From Nitrospirales bacterium (lineage in GTDB: Bacteria; Nitrospirota; Nitrospiria; Nitrospirales; UBA8639), in assembly GCA_965223685.1 (NCBI GenBank), contig CBDCXG010000003.1:166362-230361 (forward strand): DNA of 64,000 bases, in the 5' to 3' direction. Positions 17,982-28,147 of this stretch are shown here, piece by piece (the first letter of the stretch is position 1; the number at the start of each line of letters is the position of its first letter). The translations under genes and the position numbers were made by a program. Below the pieces are notes generated by a model. The model searched no databases and was not told where the DNA came from. It worked only from the letters and a program-made list of their open reading frames with translations.

Positions 17982-18689
17982 CTAGTTTATCAGAGCCCCG
18001 CCTGTACTATAGATAATGGTTGCGCCAAGGATAATGGTCATGGTGCCTATACATCCTTGGAGACCGTTGTGGAACCACGTCAAGGAAGGAGAAGAATATC
18101 GAAACGGAAGGGCAATCACTAAAGAGAGTGCAGCCATGCCGGCTATGGACCCTAACCCAAATAGGACAACATAAAGGAGGCTTGTGAGAGGAGACAGTTG
18201 TGTTTGTAGCGTCAGAACAATGAGGGCAGCGGAGCCTGCCATCCCGTGCATGAGACCGACAAACAAAGCACGATAGGGAAAACCTTGCGGGTGATTGTGA
18301 TCATGCTTGGACAGCGTGTGCAGAGGTTCTCCTTCGTGGGAATGTGCATGAAAGTGTGGGGCTTTATCAGCATGTTGATGGACATGAAAGTGGATACGTT
18401 CTTTGATAAGTTTTCGAAACACGTCAATTCCTAACCCCACCAACATACAGCCAACCAACAATTCCAGCCACTGCGCCAACCGTTCAGGAATGATCGCCCC
18501 CCCGAGCAAGACGAGGGAACTGAACAACAAAAGGGTAAGCGTGTGTCCGACGCCCCATACCATACCCTGCCGGACCGAATGACTGACTGATCGACTGTTG
18601 GTCGCAAGCGTGGCCACCGCAGCCACGTGGTCGGCCTCAAGGGCATGCCGCATCCCAACTAAGAATCCGATCCCAAGAAGCATTAACAT
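17982..18689 (-). CDS. High-affinity nickel transporter, UreH/NiCoT-like
   Basis: GMRHALEADHVAAV signature, His-rich loop, GLMHGMAGS, multiple TM helices; last gene of the hyp operon. Confidence 0.85.
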   Translation of the reverse strand: MLMLLGIGFLVGMRHALEADHVAAVATLATNSRSVSHSVRQGMVWGVGHTLTLLLFSSLVLLGGAIIPERLAQWLELLVGCMLVGLGIDVFRKLIKERIHFHVHQHADKAPHFHAHSHEGEPLHTLSKHDHNHPQGFPYRALFVGLMHGMAGSAALIVLTLQTQLSPLTSLLYVVLFGLGSIAGMAALSLVIALPFRYSSPSLTWFHNGLQGCIGTMTIILGATIIYSTGGALIN

Positions 18690-19528
18690 CGGGCGAGGTC
18701 CTTATCGGGATTAGGCGTCATTTGCGATCGAATCCAGTCGTACCATTGTGGCATCCCTTCTCCTGTTGTCGCGGAAACCTGGAAGACCTGTATTTGTGGG
18801 TTCACCATTTTAGCACTATCCAAGCACTTCTGGACATTAAATGAAAGGTGCGGGAGCAAGTCGATTTTATTCAAGATCATGACCTGCGCCGATTGAAACA
18901 TGTGGGGATATTTCAATGGCTTGTCTTCCCCCTCTGTTGTGGAAAGAATGGCAACCTTGGCCTGTTCACCCAGATCAAAGAGCGCTGGACACACAAGATT
19001 TCCCACGTTTTCAATGAACACAAGTGAATGGGGCGGTGGGGCCAGCTCGTCTAATCCCCGGGCGAGCATATCCGCTTCAAGATGACAGCCGGCCCCGGTG
19101 TTGATCTGAACCACTCGACATCCGGTTTGCTGGATGCGTTCTGCATCATGCAGCGTCTCCTGATCTCCTTCAATCACTGAAATGGTTATCGCATCGCGCA
19201 AATGGCGAATGGTGTGTTCGAGAAGTGTCGTTTTGCCTGATCCAGGGGAACTGACTAAATTGAGCGCCAGAATATCTTTAGCCTGAAACCATCCTCGGTT
19301 CCGTTCCGCTAATCGATCATTCTTACTGAGAATGGCTTGTTCAAGGAGCACGGTGTGTTCATGGTCATGAGTGTGATGGTCGTCATGATGAGCATGAACG
19401 TGATCATGTTCGTCATGTGAGTCATGTGCGTGGGTATGCGGGTGACTAGTGACGGGATTCGTCTTCCCGGTCTCGAGATTGGTTACGCGAGGAGTCATCG
19501 TGTCAGAACATCCGCAGGTCGTACACAT
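18683..19528 (-). CDS. hypB: Hydrogenase nickel incorporation GTPase HypB
   Basis: CTTCGC N-terminal site, His-rich stretch, SSPGSGKT, CH, ENVGNLVCP, NKID. Confidence 0.97.
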   Translation of the reverse strand: MCTTCGCSDTMTPRVTNLETGKTNPVTSHPHTHAHDSHDEHDHVHAHHDDHHTHDHEHTVLLEQAILSKNDRLAERNRGWFQAKDILALNLVSSPGSGKTTLLEHTIRHLRDAITISVIEGDQETLHDAERIQQTGCRVVQINTGAGCHLEADMLARGLDELAPPPHSLVFIENVGNLVCPALFDLGEQAKVAILSTTEGEDKPLKYPHMFQSAQVMILNKIDLLPHLSFNVQKCLDSAKMVNPQIQVFQVSATTGEGMPQWYDWIRSQMTPNPDKDLARC

Positions 19529-19857
19529 TAGGCTTTCACCATTTGCTTAATGTTAAGCTCAGAACCCGTACATCGCGAAATATCATTCGAGCCGCATGGA
19601 CAGGGATCAAACATCTGTGTGAGAGTAAATTGGGCACCGCAGGCATGACATTCCCCAGTGCCAGGAGTTTCAATGATTTCTAGCGTCGCTCCCTCTGCGA
19701 CGGTTCCTTTGGTGACCAGATCAAAACAAAACCGAAGGGCATCTGGCAGGACGGCACTGAACTTTCCAATTTCCAAGGTCACCTGTGTGACCTTGGCGCC
19801 ATGAGCTTTTTCAGACACGATTGAGACAATGTTACGTGTTAAACTTAGCTCGTGCAT
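19528..19857 (-). CDS. hypA: Hydrogenase nickel metallochaperone HypA
   Basis: MHE N-terminus, CHAC...CPCG zinc site. Confidence 0.95.
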   Translation of the reverse strand: MHELSLTRNIVSIVSEKAHGAKVTQVTLEIGKFSAVLPDALRFCFDLVTKGTVAEGATLEIIETPGTGECHACGAQFTLTQMFDPCPCGSNDISRCTGSELNIKQMVKA

Positions 19858-19911
19858 CGATCCATCTCTTGCTGAAAATGACGGTTCTTAGGGGTGTCCT
19901 TGATTTCTTGC

Positions 19912-21003
19912 TCAGCAAATTCGAGGTAATTGTTCTCCCACCAATGTGTCCACGATTCGTGAGCCGCCGAAGGACGTCGACAACAGTACCGTCCCAGCGG
20001 GTGATTTTTCCACGGTTCCAATGATCGCACTGTGTTGCCCTCCAGGATGCTGTTGCATCGTCGCAATGAGTTCTTGAGCGCGATCTTGCGGCACGATGGC
20101 CACTAATTTACCTTCATTCGCCAAATACAGCGGATCAAGCCCTAATATTTCACATGCTCCACGAATTGATTCCCTGATGGGCAGGGAGGACTCAAGCAAA
20201 CGTATAGAAACTCCAGCGGCAGTGGCAAACTCATTTAGCACCGTGGCGACTCCGCCACGTGTGGCATCTCGCATACACCTGATATCGGGGCACACCGCTA
20301 ACATCTGGGCAATCAAATCATGGAGAGGCTTCGTGTCACTTTCGACATTGGACGCCAAGGCCAATTCATTTCTCGCCAGAAGAATGGCGATGCCATGGTC
20401 ACCGATGAAGCCATTGGTCACGATGGCATCACCAGGCTGAGCTTGTTGTGCCGAAATGGAGATCCCTTCAGGAACGATTCCAATACCCGAGGTATTGATG
20501 AACAGCTTGTCTGCTGACCCTCGTTCAACAACTTTTGTGTCCCCTGTCACTATGGTGACTCCTGCGCGGTCAGCAGCTCGCTTCATGGAATCGACGACGT
20601 GGGTGAGTGTGTCCATCGGGAGCCCTTCTTCCATCACCATGCCGCACGACAGATAGAGCGGGCGGGCCCCGCTGACGGCCAAGTCATTGACGGTGCCGTT
20701 CACGGCAAGTTCACCAATATCCCCTCCTGGAAAGAATAGTGGATGGACGACATAACTATCCGTCGTAAAGGCCAGTCGATTGCCATGCGGAAGAATCTCT
20801 TGCAATGGCAAGAGCGCTTGATCCTCCAGGGCTTCAAGAATGGGATTATGAAAGGTGCTGACAAAGACGTGTTGAATGAGATCTCTCATGGCTCTCCCGC
20901 CTGAGCCATGGGCAAGAGTAATTCGCTGATCCCGCACAGTTGTCGTCCCTGATGCGATCGATGCGGGAGCCAATTTTCGAGATGCAAAAGTCGGTTGGTT
21001 CAT
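19912..21003 (-). CDS. hypE: Hydrogenase maturation protein HypE
   Basis: ITLAHGSGG, FTTDSYVV, GTVNDLA, DATRGG, C-terminal PRIC; start placed after the hypD stop. Confidence 0.97.
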   Translation of the reverse strand: MNQPTFASRKLAPASIASGTTTVRDQRITLAHGSGGRAMRDLIQHVFVSTFHNPILEALEDQALLPLQEILPHGNRLAFTTDSYVVHPLFFPGGDIGELAVNGTVNDLAVSGARPLYLSCGMVMEEGLPMDTLTHVVDSMKRAADRAGVTIVTGDTKVVERGSADKLFINTSGIGIVPEGISISAQQAQPGDAIVTNGFIGDHGIAILLARNELALASNVESDTKPLHDLIAQMLAVCPDIRCMRDATRGGVATVLNEFATAAGVSIRLLESSLPIRESIRGACEILGLDPLYLANEGKLVAIVPQDRAQELIATMQQHPGGQHSAIIGTVEKSPAGTVLLSTSFGGSRIVDTLVGEQLPRIC

Positions 21004-21019
21004 ATGACAGATTTTTTCG

Positions 21020-22165
21020 TTATGCGGGGACGTGTATGGGTTGAATGTCGTTTCGATCAATCCAACCATAGTTATAGTAGGCAGCACAGGCGCCTTCTGT
21101 GGAGACCATCAACGCGCCTAAGGCATTCTCTGGTGTACAGGTCGTCCCAAAGACTTTGCATTGATTGGGCTTGATCACCCCTTTTAATACCTCCCCGCAT
21201 TGACAGGATGTGGGGTCAGCAATCGTGACATTCGGAACCGAGAATTTGCGTTCAGCGTCGAATGCAGAAAATTGCTGACGAACGCGCACTCCTGAATGAT
21301 CAATCGAGCCTAAGCCTCGCCATTCAAAGAATTCTCGTAGTTCAAAGACGCGATGAATGGCTTCAAGTGCCTGCGTATTCCCCTGTTGTGGCACAATACG
21401 CTGGTATTGATTTTCAACCTCGCATCGGCCCTCGGTCAGTTGCTTCAACACCATCCAGACGGATTGCAAAACATCGAGTGGTTCAAAGCCCGCGATCGTA
21501 ATGGGTTTGCCATAGTGTTGTGCGATAAAGGTATAGGGAGCCGTGCCAATGACCATGCTGACATGCCCAGGTCCAAGAAATCCGTCAAGTTGCAAGTCTG
21601 GAGAATCCAAGACGGCCTTAATCGTGGGAATGATGGTGATATGATTGCAAAACAGTGAAAAATTTTTAATCCCTTCCTCGTGGGCCTTGAGAATCGTCAG
21701 GGCTGTGCTGGGCATCGTGGTCTCAAATCCCAATCCAAAGAACACCACTTCTTTATCTGGGTTGGCTCGGGCAATACTCAGGGCGTCGAGAGGAGAGTAG
21801 ACCATCCGGACATCCGCCCCGTCGGCTTTGGCCTGCAACAAGCTCTTCTTCGATCCCGTTACACGCATCGCGTCCCCAAAGGTCGTCATGATGACATCTG
21901 GTCGTTCTGCCAAAGCCACGCAATCATCCACCCGTCCTCGTGGTAATACGCAGACTGGACACCCAGGGCCATGAATGAACTCCACCGATTCGGGAAGCAT
22001 TTTGTTAATCCCATATCGAAAAATGGTATGGGTGTGTCCACCGCAGACTTCCATGATGTACACCGGGCGGTGACGGCACGTATCGATACGTTTGACCAAT
22101 CCTTGGATTTCTTGGAGGAGCCCCTGAGCTTTTTGAGGATCACGAAATTCATCGACGAACTTCAT
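21020..22165 (-). CDS. hypD: Hydrogenase maturation protein HypD
   Basis: MEVCGGHTH, GPGCPVC, GFETT, GPGHVS, MVSTEGACAAYY. Confidence 0.97.
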   Translation of the reverse strand: MKFVDEFRDPQKAQGLLQEIQGLVKRIDTCRHRPVYIMEVCGGHTHTIFRYGINKMLPESVEFIHGPGCPVCVLPRGRVDDCVALAERPDVIMTTFGDAMRVTGSKKSLLQAKADGADVRMVYSPLDALSIARANPDKEVVFFGLGFETTMPSTALTILKAHEEGIKNFSLFCNHITIIPTIKAVLDSPDLQLDGFLGPGHVSMVIGTAPYTFIAQHYGKPITIAGFEPLDVLQSVWMVLKQLTEGRCEVENQYQRIVPQQGNTQALEAIHRVFELREFFEWRGLGSIDHSGVRVRQQFSAFDAERKFSVPNVTIADPTSCQCGEVLKGVIKPNQCKVFGTTCTPENALGALMVSTEGACAAYYNYGWIDRNDIQPIHVPA

Positions 22166-22854
22166 GGCGTGTCCTTTGGTCGCGCGAGCGCACCACGTTT
22201 ATCGGCAAGCAGCGTATGCACGAGATCCCACATAATGTGATAGATGAGCACGTGACATTCCTGCACTCGGTGAATGCTATCTGTTTCCACGATCAAACAA
22301 TGATCAATCGCCGAGGAGGTCGCCATACGTCCGCCTGCCCCTCCGGTCAAGGCGATGGTCGTTAACCCCATCTCTTTGGCTTTTTCGAAGGCCCGTAGAA
22401 GATTCTCTGAGTTACCACTGGTTGAGGCCCCGATGAGGCCGTCCTCGGGTTTTCCTTGTGCGATGAGTTGACGAACAAAGATATGGTCGAACCCAACATC
22501 ATTTCCTACCGCCGTCATCATGGCTTGATCTGATGCCAAATTCATCGCGGGAAGAGACGGTCTTCCCGCTGTGACAGGATGAAGAAATTCAACAGCCACA
22601 TGAGCGGCATCGCAGCTGGATCCACCGTTGCCCATCGTCAAAAGCCGACCTCTATTCTGAAAAATGGAAGCGATGGCTTGGGCGACATCAACGACCCCTT
22701 GTGCAGATTTCGCAAAAAAGCCCTGCATCACATGCACACTATCTTGGGATTTGCGAAGCGCGGATTCCAATAATTCATGGTCGAGACGCGCGTGATCCTG
22801 TCGGTCTGACTGCAGAAACGGGTACAGAGATGACAAGGTATCTTGTGTGGACAT
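22162..22854 (-). CDS. SIS-domain protein (GmhA/phosphoheptose isomerase-like) inside the hyp operon
   Basis: GNGGSSCDAAH, AVGND, STSGNSEN, HRVQECH; overlaps the hypD start by 4 nt. Confidence 0.88.
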   Translation of the reverse strand: MSTQDTLSSLYPFLQSDRQDHARLDHELLESALRKSQDSVHVMQGFFAKSAQGVVDVAQAIASIFQNRGRLLTMGNGGSSCDAAHVAVEFLHPVTAGRPSLPAMNLASDQAMMTAVGNDVGFDHIFVRQLIAQGKPEDGLIGASTSGNSENLLRAFEKAKEMGLTTIALTGGAGGRMATSSAIDHCLIVETDSIHRVQECHVLIYHIMWDLVHTLLADKRGALARPKDTP

Positions 22855-22865
22855 GTTTCAATACC

Positions 22866-23056
22866 GGGTCTGTTGAAAAAAGCCGTCAGCGGCGTTCTCG
22901 CCATTTTTCCGTGCTCACGTAGTGCCAGTACGCTCCGCGCGCAAAAAGGGCTACGGCCTTGCTGAACGGACTTTTTTGAACAGACCCGAGGCCTCTGACA
23001 TGTTACGTCGCAGAGGCGAAATCTGGCTGTTGATATCATCAATATTCAACAGTCTC
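22866..23056. mobile_element. MITE-A copy 3 (191 bp)
   Basis: Ends GGGTCTGTTGAA / TTCAACAGTCTC; TSD ATACC (22861-22865, 23057-23061). Confidence 0.93.
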
Positions 23057-23061
23057 ATACC

Positions 23062-23343
23062 TTATGACGTATTGGATTGTCGCATCGCCTCAAGCTCTGT
23101 TTGCACCTCACCCATTTCGGTCAAGAGTTCAATCGTTCGTTTGGCTTCGTCCTCATCGATCCGGCTCATCGCAAACCCCACATGTACGAGCACCCAATCT
23201 CCGACACAGGAAGCGGGAGGATGTTCATCATCGACGATACAGGCGATATTGACCTGACGTCGAACACCCCCGACATCAACCATCGCCAGTTTGTTCTCCG
23301 CACTACTAATCTCAACGATCTGTCCAGGTATCCCTAAGCACAT
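23062..23343 (-). CDS. hypC: Hydrogenase maturation chaperone HypC
   Basis: MCLGIPG, VLVHVGFA. Confidence 0.97.
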   Translation of the reverse strand: MCLGIPGQIVEISSAENKLAMVDVGGVRRQVNIACIVDDEHPPASCVGDWVLVHVGFAMSRIDEDEAKRTIELLTEMGEVQTELEAMRQSNTS

Positions 23344-25754
23344 AGCGTCTCTTTCTTGGCGTACATAGAGCGAGCTGCGGCAATAACGGCTTGGCCCAAG
23401 GCTAGCCCTCCATCGTTCATCGGCACCTGACGGTGAGAAAGGACCGTGAACCCTTCTTTGGTGAGTTTCTGATGCACGAGCTCAAATAATATTTGGTTTT
23501 GAAAAACTCCTCCAGATAGTGCCACGGTATGATAGGCTCGTTGGCCGTCAGAATTTTGGGTACAGGTCTTGACCATCGAACAGATGACATTGGCCAGTCC
23601 TTTATGAAACCGTGCGGCCATGACGGGTCGTGGTGTGTCTAGCAGTAAATCACCTAGAAGTGCCTCCCACATGGCGAGTGGTTCAATGTAAGGGAGTTGA
23701 GAACCCCGAAGACGTGGAATAGAGAACGGATAAGCCAAGACATCTTGTTCCCGTTCGAGCGTGCAACGATCGACCTTAGCCTCCAATTCCATCGCGGCTT
23801 GCCCTTCATACAGAATGCGATCCGAGCAGATTCCTATCGCAGCCGCAACGGCATCAAACAGGCGGCCGCATGAACTGGCAAGTGGACTATTCACGTGTTT
23901 GCTCAGCATTTGATCCAGCATCGCTCGGGGTTTTTGGTCCAAGTAGTGGTACAAGGGCAGGTTATGATAGTTCATGGCAAACCGGGCCCAACCCATTTCT
24001 GCCACTATATGAGCGTAGGTGTTGCGCCAGGGTTCTTTAATGGCCTGACTGCCTCCGAGCATGGCGACCGGTTTGAAAGTCCCCAGCCGAGTAAAGCGAT
24101 CGTAATCACCAGCGAGAAATTCCCCTCCCCAGATAGTCTGATCTTCTCCATACCCCAAACCATCGAGGATCACGCCAAGAACCGGCCCCGTCGTGATAGG
24201 AATGTTATTGTCAGCTAAGCATGCCGCCAAATGCGCATGGTGATGTTGAACTTCGTGCAATGGCAATTGGGCTTGTTCCGCTCGTTGCCGACCCAACTTG
24301 CTGGACACATATTCCGGATGACGATCAATCGCAATAACTTTGGGGGTTTGTCCGAATAATGGCTGATAGTGCTCCAACGCTCGCTGATAGTCTGTGTACG
24401 TCAAGGCATCTTCTAAATCGCCGATGTGGTGGGACAGAAGGGCTTCTCCGCGTTGCACGAAACAAAACGTATTCTTGAGTTCTCCACCCATCGCCAACAC
24501 CCGCGTTGCCTGTTCAAAACCATTTGGGAGCGAAAGTGGTGTCGGTGCGTAGCCACGACTTCGACGGAAGATTCGTGGAATGTTTAACATCACCTTGACG
24601 ACTGAATCATCCACGCGTTGAGAAACGTCTCGATCGTGAAACACAAAATACTCAGCAATATCACTCAAATGTTCCTTGGCTAACCGGTTCTCAATCCATT
24701 GAGGTTCTCCAGCTCGATTGCCGCTCGTCAAGACTATCGGGACTGTCATTCGCTTGAGGATCAAGTGATGCAAGGGAGAATTCGGGAGCATGACCCCATA
24801 GGTCGAAAATCCCTCGGCGACACGTGGGACTAATGAATGTCCATCTTGACGAGCAAGCAGGACGATCGGGGCGGCTGGACCTTGGAGCAACGCGGCTTCC
24901 AGATCACTCACCTTGCAATACTTCCGCACCACATCCAAATCCCTGGCCATGAGCGCAAACGGCTTTCCTTCTCGTTGCTTGAGTGCTCGTAGTCTGTTGA
25001 CAGATTCTTCCTGCGTGGCGTCACACGCTAATTGGAAGCCCCCTAATCCTTTGATCGCCACGATGCGACCGCGTTTCAACAATGTGCAGACGGCATCCAC
25101 GTCGTCCAACATACTCAAGGAATCGACAGCGATCGGTTTGCCATCAGCCCGTTCAAGCCAGGCATGAGGACCACAGACATGACAGGCAATGGGTTCGGCA
25201 TGGAATCGTCGATCGTGCGGGTCGCTATATTCCTGAGCACACCCATCGCACATGCTGAAGGTACGCATGGTCGTGTTCTGCCGATCGTACGGTATGCGTT
25301 GTTGAATCGTGAGCCGTGGGCCGCAGTGCGTACAATTTGTAAAGGGATACCGGAAGCGTCGAGCAAACGGATCGAAAATTTCTTCGAGGCATTCCGAACA
25401 TGTGCTGGCATCGGGAACGATTCCTGTTTCCGTTCCCGTGGGCTTTGATTCCGCAATGTGAAACTGATGTTCGGAAATGTCTTCCGGAGAAATGGATTCC
25501 CAAACTATGTTTTGGATTTTGGCTAAGGGCGGAGGGTTGTTGGTTAACTCTTTCATGAAATTCGTTAAGTCTGTTTTTTCGCCTGCGGCCAAGATTTCAA
25601 CCCCTTCGCCGTTGTTGAGAACCTGTCCTCTCAATTGATGACGTTGTGCCAGAACCCAAACCATGGGGCGAAACCCTACGCCTTGGACCAACCCTTGAAT
25701 GTGGATTTTCCAGGCGACTTGTTGAGTTGACGGTTCAGTGACAGGAGCATTCAT
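23334..25754 (-). CDS. hypF: Carbamoyltransferase HypF
   Basis: Acylphosphatase GLVQGVGFRP, two zinc fingers, KGLGG, HHHAH, GDGGL-like NDGGLALGQ. Confidence 0.97.
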   Translation of the reverse strand: MNAPVTEPSTQQVAWKIHIQGLVQGVGFRPMVWVLAQRHQLRGQVLNNGEGVEILAAGEKTDLTNFMKELTNNPPPLAKIQNIVWESISPEDISEHQFHIAESKPTGTETGIVPDASTCSECLEEIFDPFARRFRYPFTNCTHCGPRLTIQQRIPYDRQNTTMRTFSMCDGCAQEYSDPHDRRFHAEPIACHVCGPHAWLERADGKPIAVDSLSMLDDVDAVCTLLKRGRIVAIKGLGGFQLACDATQEESVNRLRALKQREGKPFALMARDLDVVRKYCKVSDLEAALLQGPAAPIVLLARQDGHSLVPRVAEGFSTYGVMLPNSPLHHLILKRMTVPIVLTSGNRAGEPQWIENRLAKEHLSDIAEYFVFHDRDVSQRVDDSVVKVMLNIPRIFRRSRGYAPTPLSLPNGFEQATRVLAMGGELKNTFCFVQRGEALLSHHIGDLEDALTYTDYQRALEHYQPLFGQTPKVIAIDRHPEYVSSKLGRQRAEQAQLPLHEVQHHHAHLAACLADNNIPITTGPVLGVILDGLGYGEDQTIWGGEFLAGDYDRFTRLGTFKPVAMLGGSQAIKEPWRNTYAHIVAEMGWARFAMNYHNLPLYHYLDQKPRAMLDQMLSKHVNSPLASSCGRLFDAVAAAIGICSDRILYEGQAAMELEAKVDRCTLEREQDVLAYPFSIPRLRGSQLPYIEPLAMWEALLGDLLLDTPRPVMAARFHKGLANVICSMVKTCTQNSDGQRAYHTVALSGGVFQNQILFELVHQKLTKEGFTVLSHRQVPMNDGGLALGQAVIAAARSMYAKKETLCA

Positions 25755-26968
25755 GTTGAACTCAGCGTTTCGTTACATGACCAAAGCTGAATGCGATTGT
25801 TTCCCGAGTCAGCCACGACGATCGTTTTCCCGCAAGCTTGTACGCTATAAGGCCAGCATAGGCTTTCTCTTCTCGGAAAACTCCATTGATTGTCACCCTT
25901 GGCATTGAATGTGGGTTGTCCGGCTAAGCCTGTAGCTTTTGCACCTGTGTGGAGATGAGAAGGCGACCATCCCAGTAATCGGGAGTTCGCCGTGTCTGCG
26001 GTTAGCAAGCATGATCCACAGTTGGTAATGCCATAAGGCATGTTGAGTGTCTCAGCTCTTGGCCAGTACAAACTCCGGTTATGATCAACCGAGTGAGAGG
26101 TGTGTTGTCCGAGAATCCATTGGCAGTCAGCACCATGATGCGTCGGAATACCCGCCCAAATCATGATTCGATTGTTCCCTGCATCCGCGACGCAGAGATT
26201 CCCGTTCCACATCGTGATGCCATGAGGCCACCGCATACTCATGGCATTGGGATCGCCCCCAGCGTTTTCGTCTCGGCAATCAAATGAGCGTTGTCCAAGA
26301 ACAAGATCGGCTGGTTGTCCATGTCGCGTCGGCAGGGTGTGCCAAACCAAGACCCTACGGTTGCCGGTATCCGCCACAAACAACGTTTCGCCACTCGACC
26401 AAACACCGTACGGCCAATGCATTGAGGCAGCAGTGGGGGCTTCTTTTCCCCGATTGGCTTCCATGGAGTACATGTCGTATTGGCCTAAGACGATATCCGC
26501 AGGCGTATGGCTGTTGTGGGGAACGGTTTTCCACATCAACACGCGATGGTTCCATGCATCAGCGACGACCAATCCCTTTTGGTAATGAGCGATGCCGGTC
26601 GGAACATTCAACGTGCTAGGGCCTGGTCCGGCTTTGGCGTTGCGGCCTTCGGATTCGAAATGTGGTTGGCCGATCAGCCAATCTGCCGGGGTATGATCCT
26701 CAGTAGGTGCGCGCTTCCAACCCATGAGACGATGATGTCCCGTATCCGAAACCCACAGTGGTCCATCAGGTGAAACCAAACACGCGCCGCGTGGTCCAAA
26801 CAGGGTTGAGGAGGACGGTGCGATGGGAATGGGAAGCCCTCCGGCATCACGACACTCTCCTAAGACGGCGGAAGGGGCCGTTTCTTGGAACAACGATTCA
26901 GGAACCTCAGGACACACCTCTCTGGGTTGTAACGCAGGCGTAGGAGAGATGTGCAAAACCGTATTCAT
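25751..26968 (-). CDS. NHL-repeat beta-propeller protein of the extended hyp operon
   Basis: Repeated xxVSDTGHHR / VADAWNHR / VADTGNRR / VADAGNNR / TADTANSR / VADSGNNR units. Confidence 0.9.
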   Translation of the reverse strand: MNTVLHISPTPALQPREVCPEVPESLFQETAPSAVLGECRDAGGLPIPIAPSSSTLFGPRGACLVSPDGPLWVSDTGHHRLMGWKRAPTEDHTPADWLIGQPHFESEGRNAKAGPGPSTLNVPTGIAHYQKGLVVADAWNHRVLMWKTVPHNSHTPADIVLGQYDMYSMEANRGKEAPTAASMHWPYGVWSSGETLFVADTGNRRVLVWHTLPTRHGQPADLVLGQRSFDCRDENAGGDPNAMSMRWPHGITMWNGNLCVADAGNNRIMIWAGIPTHHGADCQWILGQHTSHSVDHNRSLYWPRAETLNMPYGITNCGSCLLTADTANSRLLGWSPSHLHTGAKATGLAGQPTFNAKGDNQWSFPRRESLCWPYSVQACGKTIVVADSGNNRIQLWSCNETLSST

Positions 26969-26974
26969 GAACTT

Positions 26975-27895
26975 CTACTCCGAGATTTTGACCTCGACGG
27001 TCGTCCCGGTGACGCGAACGGCATGGGGGAGTAACTGGACTTCAGGTGCCGTCAAGCATTCCCCGCTGGACAACGAATACTGAAATCCATGATAGGGGCA
27101 CGTGAGAATTCCATCCTTAATGTCTCCCATGTCCAAAGGCATACCCATATGTGCGCAACGATTCTCAAAGCAAGTCACCTGGTGGCCCTCGCGGCTCATC
27201 AACAATGATTGTCCATTGATTTCTTTGACGGCAATGCTTCCTTCGGGAATCTGTTCCAAGTCCGTGACATATTCCCAACCTTGGTCCTCAGATTTGGCAA
27301 ATGGACTTACAAAATGAAGGGGAACGCCATTTTCACTATTAGTGATTGGGGAGCCTTTAACTTTTCGAATAGCCGTAACTTCAGGACAATATTCTTTAAT
27401 AGCTTTTTCCACCCCCTCGGTGAGTGTGAGGTTTGAAGAGGGGCAGCCATCGCAGGCGCCGAGAAGTCGAATCTCGACGGTGTCCGGTGGGTGAACCGCG
27501 ACGAGCTCAACATTGCCTCCATGCGTTTGGAGGGAAGGACGAACCGAATCCAGTGCATCTTCAACACGTTCGTGTAACGACGGTTTGATCAATTGGAAGT
27601 GACGGAGGACGGCATAGACGACTTCATCCGACACGGCTTGCCGAAGACCAGGTTTGGCAGCTGGGTCAGTCTTGATCTCGCGGATCAACCTGGAAAATGC
27701 TTCTCTATGGAGTTGGTCAATGGCATGACGCAACGCTTGCACGGTATGTTGGTGAGAGTCCTCCCATCCCGTGATGATAGATTCCAATTTCTGGATATCT
27801 TGTACCATCGACGCCAGGTCAGCGTGACCCGATGGGCTTGGCTCGGCTTGTCGGCCGATTTCCTGAGACGACATCATGGTGTGCGCGTCGGGCAT
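26975..27895 (-). CDS. NifU-like domain plus Rieske [2Fe-2S] domain protein
   Basis: VRPSLQTHGGNVEL...GACDGC (NifU C-terminal domain); CAH...CPYHG Rieske ligands. Confidence 0.9.
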   Translation of the reverse strand: MPDAHTMMSSQEIGRQAEPSPSGHADLASMVQDIQKLESIITGWEDSHQHTVQALRHAIDQLHREAFSRLIREIKTDPAAKPGLRQAVSDEVVYAVLRHFQLIKPSLHERVEDALDSVRPSLQTHGGNVELVAVHPPDTVEIRLLGACDGCPSSNLTLTEGVEKAIKEYCPEVTAIRKVKGSPITNSENGVPLHFVSPFAKSEDQGWEYVTDLEQIPEGSIAVKEINGQSLLMSREGHQVTCFENRCAHMGMPLDMGDIKDGILTCPYHGFQYSLSSGECLTAPEVQLLPHAVRVTGTTVEVKISE

Positions 27896-27900
27896 GGGTG

Positions 27901-28125
27901 TTACCGATACTTCAAATCACGAAACAGCCGAGGTTGAAGGGCTCCTGCCACCAGACTCGCAATGATGACCGCCAACCACACGCTGATTCCTGCCTTGGTC
28001 AATGCAACAATGCCGACTGCGGCTAAACCAGCTCCAACGGCCATGAGCATCATGACTTTGTTGAAATCCTGAAACAATTTGCCCTTCAGAAAGAGTTGGA
28101 CTGAGTTCCAAAACATGTCAAACAT
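27901..28125 (-). CDS. Small membrane protein of the extended hyp operon
   Basis: 74 aa, two hydrophobic helices, closely spaced in the operon. Confidence 0.75.
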   Translation of the reverse strand: MFDMFWNSVQLFLKGKLFQDFNKVMMLMAVGAGLAAVGIVALTKAGISVWLAVIIASLVAGALQPRLFRDLKYR

Positions 28126-28147
28126 GGGGTAATCTCCTTTTAGAAAA

